Assembly: GCA_965603825.1 (NCBI GenBank)
Contig: CBFDEM010000032.1
Span: 1 to 64,000, forward strand
Source: Blepharisma stoltei ATCC 30299
Lineage: Eukaryota; Protista; Ciliophora
Direction: 5' to 3'
Length of the DNA stretch: 64,000 bases
Positions 1-12,117 of this stretch are shown in pieces; the stretch's first letter is position 1; each line of letters begins with the position of its first letter. Position numbers and translations under genes: made by a program. Below the pieces are notes generated by a model that was not told the origin of the DNA, searched no databases, and worked only from the letters and a program-made list of their open reading frames with translations.

Positions 1-3000
1 CTAACACCCTAACACCCTATACACCCTAACACCCTAACACCCTAACAACCCTAACACCCTAACACACCCTAACACTACACCCTAACACCCTAACACCCTA
101 ACACCCTAAACAACCCTAACACCCTAACACCCTAACAACCCTAACACCCTAACACCCTAACACCCTAACACCCTAACACCCTAACACCCTAACACACCTA
201 ACACCCTAACACCCTAACACCCTAACACCCTAACACCCTAACACCCTAACACCCTAACACCCTAACACCCTAACACCCTAACACCCTAACACCCTAACAC
301 CCTAACACCCTAACACCCTAACACCCTAACACCCTAACACCCTAACACCCTAACACCCTAACACCCTAACACCCTAACACCCTAACACCCTAACACCCCT
401 AACACCCCTAACACCCTAACACAGCCCTAACACCCTAACACCCTACACCCTAACACCCTAACACCCTAACACCCCAACACCCTAACACCCTAACACCCTA
501 ACACCCTAACACCCTAACACCCTAACACCCTAACACCCTAACACCCTAACACCCTAACACCCTAACACCCTAACACCCTAACACCCTAACACCCTAACAC
601 CCCTAACACCCTAACACCCTAACACCCTAACACCCTACACCCTAACACCCTAACACCCTAACACCCTAACACCCTAACCACCCTAACACCCTAACACCCT
701 AACACCCTAACACCCTAACACCCTAACACCCTAACACCCTAACACCCTAACACCCAAACACCCTAACACCCTAACACCCTAACACCCTAACACCCTAACA
801 CCCTAACACCCTAACACCCTAACACCCTAACACCCTAACACCCAACACCCTAACACCCTAACACCCTAACACCCTAACACCCTAACACCCTAACACCCTA
901 ACACCCTAACACCCTAACACCCTAACACCCTAACACCCTAACACCCTAACACCCTAACACCCTAACACCCTAACACCCTAACACCCTAACACCCTAACAC
1001 CCTAACACCCTAACCCTAACACCCTAACACCCTAACACCCTAACACCCTAACACCCTAACACCCTAACACCCTAACACACCCCTAACACCCTAACACCCT
1101 AACACCCTAACACCCTAACACCCTAACACCCTAACACCCTAACACCCTAACACCCCTAACACCCTAACACCCTAACACCCTAACACCCTAACACCCTAAC
1201 ACCCTAACACCCTAACACCCTAACACACCCTAACACCCTAACACCCTAACACCCTAACACCCTAACACACCCTAACACCCTAACACCCTAACACCCTAAC
1301 ACCCTAACACCCTAACACCCTAACACCCTAACACCCTAACACCCTAACACCCTAACACCCCTAACACCCTAACACCCTAACACCCTAACACCCTAACACC
1401 CTAACACCACTAACACCCTAACACCCTAACACCCTAACACCCTAACACCCTAACACCCTAACACCCAAACACCCTAACACCCTAACACCCTAACACACCC
1501 TAACACCCTAACACCCTAACACCCTAACAACCCTAACACCCTAACACCCTAACACCCTAACACCCTAACACCCTAACACCCTAACACCCTAACACCCTAA
1601 CACCCTAACACCCTAACACCACCCTAACACCCTAACACCCTAACACCCCTAACACCCTAACACCCTAACACCCTAACACCCTAACACACCCTAACACCCT
1701 AACACCCTAACACCTAACACCCTAACACCCTAACACCCTAACACCCTAACACCCTAACACCCTAACACCCTAACACCCTAACACCCTAACACCCTAACAC
1801 CCTAACACCCTAACACCCTAACACCCTAACACCCTAACACCCTAACACCCTAACACCCTAACACCCTAACACCCTAACACCCTAACACCCTAACACCCTA
1901 ACACCCTAACACCCTAACACCCTAACACCCTAACACCCTAACACCCTACCAACACCCTAACACCCTAACACCCTAACACCCTAACACCCTAACACCCTAA
2001 CACCCTAACACCCTAACACCCTAACACCCTAACACCCTAACACCCTAACACCCTAACACCCTAACACCCTAACACCCTAACACCCAACACCCTAACACCC
2101 CTAACACCCTAACACCCTAACACCCTAACACCCTAACACCCTAACACCCTAACACCCTAACACCCTAACACCCTAACACCCTAACACACCCTAACACCTA
2201 ACACCCTAACACCCTAACACCCTAACACCCTAACACCCTAACACCCTAACACCCTAACACCCTAACACCCTAACACCCTAACACCCTAACACCCTAACAC
2301 CCTAACACCCTAACACCCTAACACCCTAACACCCCTAACACACCCTAACACCCCTAACACACCCTAACACCCTAACACCCTAACACCCTAACACCCTAAC
2401 ACCTACCCTAACACCCTAACACCTAACACCCTAACACCCTAACACCCTAACACCCTAACACCCTAACACCCTAACACCCCTAACACCCTAACACCCTAAC
2501 ACCCTAACACCCTAACACCCTAACACCCTAACACCCTAACACCCTAACACCCTAACACCCTACACCCTAACACCCTAACACCCTAACACCCTAACACCCT
2601 AACACCCTAAACACCCTAACACCCTAACACCCTAACACCCTAACACCCTAACACCCTAACACCCTAACACCCTAACACCTAACACCCTAACACCCTAACA
2701 CCCTAACACCCTAACACCCTAACACCCTAACACCCTAACAACCCCTAACACCCTAACACCCTAACACCCTAACACCCTAACACCCTAACACCCTAACACC
2801 CCTAACACCCTAACACCCTAACACCCTAACACCCTAACACCCTAACACCCTAACACCCTAACACCACCCTAACACCCTAACACCCTAACACCCTAACACC
2901 CTAACACCCTAACACCCTAACACCCTAACACCCTAACACCCTAACACCCTAACACCCCTAACACCCTAACACCCTAACACCCTAACACACCCTAACACCC

Positions 3001-3127
3001 TAACACCCTAACACCCTAACACCCTAACACCCCTAACACCCTAACACCCTAACACCCTAACACCCTAACACCCTAACACCCTAACACCCTAACACCCTAA
3101 CCCTAACACCCTAACACCCTAACACCC
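1..3127 (+). repeat. Telomere, (CCCTAACA)n C-rich strand (TGTTAGGG on the G strand), about 390 units
   Basis: Continuous 8-mer tandem array from base 1 with scattered 1-2 nt indel variants. CCCTAACA is the known telomere repeat of heterotrich ciliates (Blepharisma, Stentor). Confidence 0.98.
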
Positions 3128-3128
3128 A

Positions 3129-5027
3129 ACTTGCTCAGCAATTCAGACCAATTCTTTTGATCCACCACTAATGCAAGCTTACCAAGATTATCTTAATGCT
3201 TATCAACAAAAGACATCTCTTTATAATATTACAAAAGATGAAGAAAACAGAACTAATTTAATTATTTATAACACTGAAACTGACACCCAAGAAGTCAAAA
3301 TATTTCAGACTCCAAAATCAATAGACGTAGGCACTTGCATAACTCAACTTCCAAATGGCAAGCTATTCTGCTTTGGTAATTATGAACTTTCTCGAACTAC
3401 AGGACTAATTGATGTGAACGGTGGAATCGAAGTGCTGCCATCTGGAACTTGTAGCAACTGCCCAACATGTATCTATTTTAACAACAGCGTCTATTCCTTT
3501 GGAGGAGATAATGAAAAGGGATTAACTCTATCTAGTAGATTTGATTTTGATCGAAATCGATGAATTCAATTAGCTCCAATGCCAAGAGCTGATTATCGGT
3601 GCAATAGTATAATATTTAATAGAAATATTTTGATTTCTGGATGATATAATACAAATCTTTTGCTATACTCAATTGATATTGATTCTTTCTCGACAATACC
3701 TTATGAGTTTAAAGTATATACAAGAAAGATCTTGATAAATGCAGAGAGACTATATTTGATAGAATGTATGCAAGGATCAATCTATGAAAGCGAAATAGGA
3801 AGTTATTCGAATTGGAGAAGAATAGGAAAATCAAAAATCGATTGCAATCCTGATCAAGTATATTGTTCATATAATAAAGGAGGAATATACATCTCAAATA
3901 TTCAAGGAACATGCAAATCATATTATTACTTTAATTTAGATAAAAAAATCATTATTGATGTTGCTTACTATAATACACATGTTTCACTTAGAAGAGCAGG
4001 TAAAAAGATTGAGGCAATAAAATGAAATAACCAGATCTTTAAGCTCGATCCTTATTATCTGGATGAATGAAGTGCAAAAGATATTAGTCTAAAGTATGTA
4101 GGAGAAAATCTAAAAGAAATCGAATCCTATGACGAAGCAATCAAACTCAATCCAAAAAAAGCTTATTTTTATGATAAAAAAGGCGACGCTTTTTATAATT
4201 TAGAAAGATATCTAGAAGCTATCAAATGTTATGACAAAGCAATCAAACTCAATCCAAATGATCCTTATTTTTACTATAATAAAGGTAACGCTTTTTTAAG
4301 TTGACAAAGATACCTAGAAGCGATCGAATGTTATGAAAAAGCAATCAAACTCAACCCAAAAGATGGTAATTTTTACAATAATAAAGGAAGAGTTTTTTAT
4401 AATTTACAAAGATATCTTGAAGCAATCGAATGTTATGACGAAGCAATCAAGTACCTTCCATTGAAGGCTTATATTTATAATAATAATAAAGGCACAGCTC
4501 TTTTTGATTTAGAAAGATATCTTGAAGCAATCGAATGCTTTGACAAAGCAATCGAATGCTTTGACAAAGCAATTGAATGCTTTGACAAAGCAATCAAGCT
4601 CAATCAAACTGATGCTGATTCTTACTATAAGAAAGGATGCTCTTTAAATAAATTAGGAAGATATCCAGAAGCAGTAAAAAGCTATGATGAAGCAATCAGA
4701 TGCAATCGATATAATGTCAAGTATTATAATATAAAAGGCAATACTCTTTATATTTTAGAGAGATGTCAAGAAGCAATACAATGCTATGATGAGGCAATTA
4801 AACTTGAACCCAATAATCCTTTGCATTTCTGCTGCCGAGCTAGAGTATTTAATAATCTTAGACAAGAAGAAGCAGCTTTAGAGGATTTTAATACTGCTTA
4901 TCATTTGAAGCAAGTAAGTGGTATTTTCACTGGAAATGAATGGAAACTTTCTGAAGAGGATATCAATTTTATTAACGACGTATTAGACCGAGACCGTATT
5001 GAACTACTCCTAAAAATGCAGATTTAA
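3129..5027 (+). CDS. 5'-truncated beta-propeller (Kelch-like) + 7-TPR protein, paralog of 5480..8293
   Basis: One frame from ACT at 3129 to TAA at 5027 when UGA=Trp; joins ORFs 3171, 3660 and 4461. Propeller motifs LPNGKLFCFG and VYSFGG, TPRs of type EAIECYDKAIKLNP. The N-terminal ~289 codons present in the paralog are replaced by telomere. Confidence 0.85.
4527..4595 (+). repeat. In-frame 21-nt tandem triplication inside a TPR (AIECFDK x3)
   Basis: GCAATCGAATGCTTTGACAAA repeated three times (third copy GCAATTGAA...). The paralog has one copy. Confidence 0.92.
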
Positions 5028-5142
5028 ATAAAATTTGATTATTATATTAGAGTTAATAACTAGTTCTAACTTATAGAGAGAGTAATTGCATTATTATTTT
5101 GTTTGAATGTATAAGTGTTATTAAAATTCTAAAATCTTTATT

Positions 5143-5446
5143 TTAAACGGTTCCTACATCAGATAATTGCTTAGAAGCAAGATCAAATTTCCACAGAGCA
5201 TTATTATACAGAACGAAATAAAGGCAGCTCTTATAACGAACAATACTTGACTGATTAATACTTCCAGGCATGCTATTCGTCTCTTTTTGAGCACAACTAA
5301 AAATATTGCTTTCAGCACTTTCAAAAATCCTTCCCCCTTTCTCAAGTGCGTAAACTCTTTCATTTCCTCTCAGCATAAATTTAAGATAATTAGTATTTAA
5401 AGCCAGATTCGGGATATCTTGATATATAATTGTTATAATGATGGCT
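5143..5446 (-). pseudogene. C-terminal remnant of a distant beta-propeller family member
   Basis: YQDIPNLALNTNYLKFMLRGNERVYALEKGGRIFES...LWKFDLASKQLSDV aligns by eye with FSTIPLELARERRKILINAERLYLIECCLGSIYES...YCFNLDQKIMIDV of the flanking genes. The 5' part is absent. Confidence 0.6.
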
Positions 5447-5479
5447 TATTATAATCAAATTTTATTTAAATCTGCATTT

Positions 5480-8293
5480 TTAGGAGTAGTTCAATACGGT
5501 CTCGCCTAATGAGTCATTAATAAAATTGATATCCTCTTCAGAAAGTTTCCATTCATCCCAAGTAAAAACACCACTTACTTGCTTCAAATGATAAGCAGTA
5601 TTAAAGTCCTGTAAAGCTGCTTCTTCTTGTCTGAGATAATTAAATAATCTAGCTCGGCAGCAGAAATGTAAAGGATTATTGGGTTCAAGTTTGATTGCCT
5701 CATCATAGCATTGTATTGCTTCTTGACATCTCTCTAAAATATAAAGAGTATAGCCTTTTATATTATAATATTTGGCATTATTTGGGCTGGTTATGATTGC
5801 TTCATCATAGCTTTTTACTGCTTCTGGATATCTTCCTAATTTATTTAAAGAGCATCCTTTCTTAAAGTAAAAATCAGCATTGTTTGGATTGAGTTTGATT
5901 GATTTGTCAAAGCATTCTATCGCTTCTAGATATCTTTGTAAATCAAAAAAAGCTGTGCCTTTATTATTATTATAAATATCAGCATTGTATGGATTGCACT
6001 TGATTGCTTTGTCATAGCATTCGATTGCTTCAAGATATCTTTGTAAATTATAAAAAACTCTTCCTTTATTATTGTAAAAATCTGCATGGTATGGATTGAG
6101 TTTGATTGCTTTGTCATAGCATTCGATTGCTTCTAGATATTTTTTTAATTTATCTAAAGCGTTGCCTTTGCTATTGTAAAAATTAGCATCTTTTGGTTTG
6201 AGTTTGATTGCTTTGTCATAACATTGGATTGCTTCAAGATATCTTTCTAAATCAAAAAAAGCGTTGCCTTTATAAATGTAAAGATAATCATTGTTTGGAT
6301 TGAGTTTGATTGCTTCGTCATAGCATTCGATTGCTTCTAGATATCTTTCTAACACTTTAAAAGCATCACCTTTTTTTTTGTAAAAATCAATATTGTTTGG
6401 GATGAGCTTGATTGCTTCGTCATAGCATTCGATATTTTCTAGATTTTCTCCTAAATATTTTAGAGTAATATCTTTTACACTTCATTCATCCAGATAATAA
6501 GGATCGAGCTTAAAATTCTGGCTATTTCATTTTATTGCTTCAATCTTTTTACCTGCTCTTCTAAGTGAAACATGCGTATTATAGTAAGCAACATCAATCA
6601 TGATTTTTTGATCTAAATTAAAACAATAATATTCTTTACCTGTTCTTTCAAGATTTGAGATGCATATTCTTCCTTTATTATATGAACAATAAACTTGGGA
6701 AGAAACGCAATTGATTTTTGATTTTCCTATTCGTCTCCAATTCGAGTAAATTCCAACTTCGCTTTCATAGATTGATCCTAGGCAGCATTCTATCAAATAT
6801 AGTCTCTCTGCATTTATCAGAATCTTTCTTCTTTCTCTTGCCAACTCAAGAGGAATTGTCGAGAAAGAATCAATTTCAATTGAGTATAACAAAAGATTTC
6901 TATTTTCATATCCAGAAATCAAAATATTTCCATTAAATATTATACTATTGCACTGATAATCAGCTTTTGGCATTGGAGGTAATTGAATTCATCGATTTTG
7001 ATCCAAATCGAATCTACTAGATAGATTTAAAACTATTCCATTTTCTCCTCCAAAGCAATAGACGCTGCTATTAAAATAAATACATGATGAGTATCCGCAA
7101 GGAGTTCCAGATGGCAGCACTTCGAATCCACCATTCACATCAATTAGCACTGTAATTCCAGAATGTCGATAATAATTGCCAAAACAGAATAGCTTGCCAT
7201 TTGGAAGTTGAGTTATGCAAGTGCCTACGTCTAGTGATTCTGGAGTCTGAAATATTTTAACTTCTTCTGTTTCAGTTTCAGTGTTATAAATAATTAAATT
7301 AGTTTTGTTGTATTTATCAATTGTAGTATTATAAAGAGATGTCTTTTGTTGATAAGCATTAAGATAATCTTGGTAAGCTTGCATTAGTGGTGGATCAAAA
7401 GAATTGGTATGAATTGCTGAGCAAGTTATTCTGAAATCTATTTCTAATTCTGGATTGTTTGGTCTACTAAAAATCTCAGCTGTTTTATTCCTTAAGGTGC
7501 CTATGACGTCTGAAGCGCTGTCTGTTTCATTGTTGATATTATTAGAAACAATGCTCATTTGAAAATTAAGCAAGTTTGTCTCATTATCTGGGGGTTTTTT
7601 TATTGGCTTGTTTTCATTTTTAGGTCCTTTTAAACACTCACTGTTCTCATTTATTATCAAAGAAACTGAATCCTTAACGTTTGCTGACTCTATACTTGCG
7701 GGCTTGTTAGTTTTATTATGCATTTCAGGAGTAATTTGGATACCCCTTTTTTCTAGATATGCTCCGCATATTTCTGTAAAGAAGGATCTATTTAGATTCT
7801 CTAACTTTTGATTGAATATATAATACAACTTTGCACCGTTGTATCAATTTCTGCTGGCTATAGTCATCAATTTTACTTTTTCAATAGCTTCTTGAGGCTG
7901 TAAACTCAATAATCCTAAAATTGGATCTTGTTCTGACTTTAATAATTTTGAAGATTGAGAAATCTTTTCAATGGAATCATTTATTTCATCTAAGTAGCAA
8001 TCCAACTTGCTTGTGAAGTCACCTAAATCTTTTTCTGAATTGGAAAAGGAATCTCTAATTTTTCTTCTCAACTCGCTATATTTTGAATTTTCTTTTGCAA
8101 GTAATATAAGAATTGCTTTTTTTGTCCCTTCACAAGGCTGCATAAAAATCGATTCAAGATTATGAGCTCTATTAGGCAAGTTTGCATGCTCTCCAATATG
8201 CTCTCCGCACAATAAAGTCTCAGGAGAAGAGCATTTGCATGCACACCCAACCTCGTTCATACACCCTGGCAGGGAGCATTTCTTTGCCATCAT
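5480..8293 (-). CDS. B-box-like zinc finger + coiled coil + beta-propeller (Kelch-like) + 8-TPR protein, 937 aa
   Basis: ORFs 7844..8293, 6989..7828, 6527..6973 and 5480..6355 share a frame and are separated only by UGA. N-terminus CSLPGC..CACKC..LCGEHIGEH..H. The last ~8 codons are frameshifted relative to the paralog. Confidence 0.9.
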
Positions 8294-8329
8294 ATAATAA
8301 TTATTAGATATCTAATTCTTAAAGATTCA

Positions 8330-8891
8330 GTAACTCTAAAGCAGTAAGATTAAAATTTGCATCATAGGAAATTCTGGAACGGAAAATCGTCAATTTTCCT
8401 CAAATACTTCGATGGCATTTTCAGCGATACTTATATTCCCACCACCACTATAGATTTTGTATTTTTTACTATAGAAAATCTTAAATATAGGTAAAAACGA
8501 TATGAGCAATCGAGATGGTTCGTGCACAATGATCGTATCAGACACAAGTGGCGATATGAGATATAGAACTAGCATTCTTGCTTATTATCCATATGCTTTA
8601 GAATTTCTCCTTATATATAGTGTAAATGATAGAAGTTTATTTGATGATGTAAAGCGTTTTATAAACGATATTAAAAATTGCAACACAAAACGTCCTTTGA
8701 TAATGCTTGCTGGGAATAAATGCGATTTAAAAGATCAAAGAGAAGTCTCATATGAAGGAGCTAAAAATGTCGCTAATGAATTTGATATTTTTTATATAGA
8801 AGTGTCTGCGAAAACTGGTTTTAATACAGAATGCATTTTTCTGCTATTATGCCAAGCTATTCTAAAAGATTTAAATTCAAGGGTTAAATAG
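8330..8891 (+). pseudogene. Rab-like GTPase copy 1, probable pseudogene
   Basis: KIKICIIGNSGT, then a 1-nt deletion in the P-loop (GGAACGGAAAA), no ATG before intron 1. Introns 8330..8344 and 8459..8474. Motifs DTSGD, GNKCDL, EVSAKTG. Confidence 0.8.
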
Positions 8892-9199
8892 ATAAATAGG
8901 GTGAAAATAAGCATCTAACATAATTAAAAACTTTGGCTGAAATTGTTTAGCTTTAATATAGATTTGTATAATTTAATATATTATTTGTTTACGTTTTCGA
9001 ATAATATCTTCTTGATGTTTTTTACATCGTAGAATCAGATCTCTAAAGAAATATAAACTTGAAATATCCTGTTAATTACTGTTCTTTTATTTTTATAGAT
9101 TAAAAACAGTGTAAATTTTAGTAATCTTATTAGATTGATTCTTTTATATTGCAAGAGTATGCTATTCTCTCCTTTTCTCTAATAAAAATAATCACTTTA

Positions 9200-10210
9200 A
9201 TGGCCATTTGGGTTATCCTTTTTAGCTTGATCATTTTTGACTTATTTTATGCTTTGAAATTCTTATCTCCTTCTTGAAATGATGAAAAACTCATATATAA
9301 TTGCTTTTTCTTATTTTTTATCAACTATATCCCTTTAGAGCTTTTTGAAGCCTATAAAAACGAAATTTATATCTTTGAAGAAAATACATTTGTCATTAAT
9401 ATCAATCCTAAGGACTATTTACTAATTTCATGGAACTGATTTCTCAGTTTTCTCAAATATTCAAGCATAATTTATTGATATGGATTTTGGGTTACAGGAT
9501 TTATGGCTCTAGTTGTAGTATATAAACATTCTGAAATAAAGCCAGCATATAGATCATCCTTATTTGCAGTAATTAATTCTATTTTTTACTTGCTTTATTT
9601 TATGTTAGCTATTTTACGCAGCAATGAATACTTAACATTGTATGTAATATCTATCGGAATATCTATATTAACACTTATTAAGCTTATTCACTATAACTTG
9701 AATAAACAATATTTATTTATTCTTATGATAGTTGCAACAATTTTAACACTAAAGCGCACTTTTTACAATAACTTTGATATATTTGATATTTCATGATCAT
9801 TGCTTATTTTTTGTTTTTCCGCTTTATTAGTGTATACACTGAGTTTTTATTTTCTTATGTCTTATGCATGTGCCTTTGCTTTTCTTGCATGAACTTGAGC
9901 TGAAGTTCAAGAAAAACGCAAAACACTCATTCATATCGAACAGAGTTTATTGAAAATATCCAAAATAAAGGCTCTAATTGTATTTTTTACATATGCCATG
10001 TATCTAACTTATAATTTAGTGACAAACTTATGAGGAGAACTTTGGGTTTTAAAAGAAATAATGTTTATTATTGCCGCAGATGGGATTGCAGGAGGCTTAA
10101 TTTATCCAGAAGATGGAAACTCCAGTCGCACTTCTCAGGACTTCTTAAATTTTTGCTCAGTTTATTGCCAAGTTTTAACATTTAGGGCTATTTTTAGAGT
10201 GATTATTTAA
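9200..10210 (+). CDS. Multipass membrane protein of unknown family, paralog A, 336 aa, ~9-11 hydrophobic segments
   Basis: Open from ATG 9200 to TAA 10210 with UGA=Trp. Colinear with 11092..12117 (NYIPL, YSSIxYW, LTLKR, QEKR, WVLxE, LIYP, YCQ). Confidence 0.85.
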
Positions 10211-11091
10211 GGTAATTTAATTAAAAAATTGAATAATATTCATTCTTGGGTAAATAATACTCTATTTTTATTATTTCTTTAAATTATATTTGCATACGAA
10301 TTATATGGAGAAATTAAGAGTGATAATAGCTAATTAAAATTAATAAATAAATAATAATTCTAATAATGAAATAAAAGTAACTTAAATCTTAAACTATTAA
10401 TACTAATTTTCGAATCTGTCTCTTATTTTGATTTAAATTATATTTACTTATAAATGATAGAAACTTAAATTAATTTATAATTTATATTTCACATAGTTTG
10501 ATGTCCACTGCTGCATCATCTATATGGAGTTCCGCTCCTATTTTGGATACTTTACCGATCCTGCGTCGTACATCACCTATTCTTGATCTTAATGGCACCT
10601 CAAGAAGTTTAGATTTCGATTGCTTTCCTACCAGCACTCGGGTTAACTTTTTTTCTTGAGCATTTTTTTCTGAGATACTCAGCTAATCAAATCTCTCCGC
10701 ATTTATTCATTTCCTATTCATCGTTGGTTAGATAGTCCCTCTCCTTCATTAATTTTATAAGAAATTATATACTCCCTTAAGAATTTTTAGTGTTAATGCT
10801 AATCTGACTTTTCTTGATTATCTTTTATTTGTTAATACTTCTGCCACCCCTGCTATTTTTTCAGCATTTATGCTTTGCTGCTATAAATACAATATCATTA
10901 GCATAGAATTGCTTTCCAACCTTAATCATACTTTTTAAGCTAAAAGATCTTAAATGATAGGCTTAACTTTCAATAAACTTGATTTCATTTTTCGGCCACC
11001 GATCTTTTAGCCTTGACTGAAAATCCTCTGTTTCAATTACAATAGCCTAACTGGCTGACCCAATGATATTATCACAATAAAATCTTATAAA

Positions 11092-12117
11092 ATGGTTTTC
11101 TGAATTTTCATTTTCAGCTTGGCAATTTTTGATAGTTTTTACTGCGAAAAATATTTAAGTCCAACTGTGAAGGGTGAAAAAGCTTTATTTGGCTACCTTT
11201 GACTTTTCTTTGCCAACTATATTCCTTTAGCACTTTTAGACTCTTATCAGAGCGAAATTTCCCTTTTCCTAAATACCTCAGGGCTTTCTTGATTAGAAAA
11301 TGCCAGCCTTAGTGACCTTTTAAGATCTTTGTCAACATGAATTCTCAATTTTCTTCAATATTCAAGCATCCTCTATTGAATCAGCTTTTGAGCATCAGGC
11401 ATCTTATCTTTACTGCTTATGACCTGGTATCAATTCAAACCTAAAAAAGCAAAAATTTCTGCCCTTCTCGGAATGCTAAATTCTTTTTTCTTTTTATTTT
11501 ACAGTTTTTCAGCAGAAAAATCTGAAAATTATATCTTGTTTCCAATAATGCTTGGGATTTATTTATTGACATTTATCAAAATCAAATATGAGTATTTTTC
11601 TAGGCATGAGTTTTATGATATCATAGAAAAATATAATATTTTTATTTTTATCAATGCAGTTCTCACACTGAAACGAATTTTTTACCCCAATCTTTTTTTT
11701 GATGTTTTTTATTATTTTATTCCTTTATATTTTTCAAATATAATTTGTTATTATTTTGTCACTTCTTATGAGACAACTTTTATATATTTTGCAGATATTT
11801 GAAAGGAATTTCAGGAAAAGCGAAGAGCATCTCTTAATTTTGAAGAAAGTGACTGAAAGATATGTAAGATATATGGATTTCTTGTGATTTTTACATATTT
11901 TATGTATATTTCATATGAATTATTTGGAAGCTTGTGAGAAAATTTTTGAGTTTTAAGAGAAGCTTTGTTTATTATAGGATCTGGGAGCGTAGGATACATT
12001 TTAATATACCCAGATGGTGATGACTCTTTCACCTTCCTTTATCAAAATAAATCAAGCACAATCTCTATTTATTGTCAAATTTTGGCTATTAGAACAATTA
12101 TTAGCATAATAGTTTAA
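11092..12117 (+). CDS. Multipass membrane protein of unknown family, paralog B, 341 aa
   Basis: Open from ATG 11092 to TAA 12117 with UGA=Trp. TGA aligns with TGG of paralog A at three positions. Confidence 0.85.

Larger units (their letters stand above)
3128..7427. repeat. Diverged inverted duplication, arms 3128..5042 and 5451..7427, spacer ~410 bp
   Basis: The reverse complement of 5451..7427 aligns colinearly with 3128..5042, including the 3' flank TTTAAATAAAATTTGATTAT. Many substitutions and one TPR-unit indel. Confidence 0.93.

Noticed and set aside
1-3127. CRISPR array or coding repeat
   Set aside because: Pure 8-mer tandem with no spacers, located at a chromosome end.
3128-7427. Fold-back assembly artefact
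   Set aside because: The arms differ by many substitutions and a whole TPR unit, and the spacer is unique sequence.
10484-10749. Minus-strand coding-like stretch (EKNAQEKKLTRVLVGKQSKSKLLEVPLRSRIGDV...)
   Set aside because: In-frame TAG upstream, no consensus intron to rescue it and no recognisable family; possibly a relic but not supportable.
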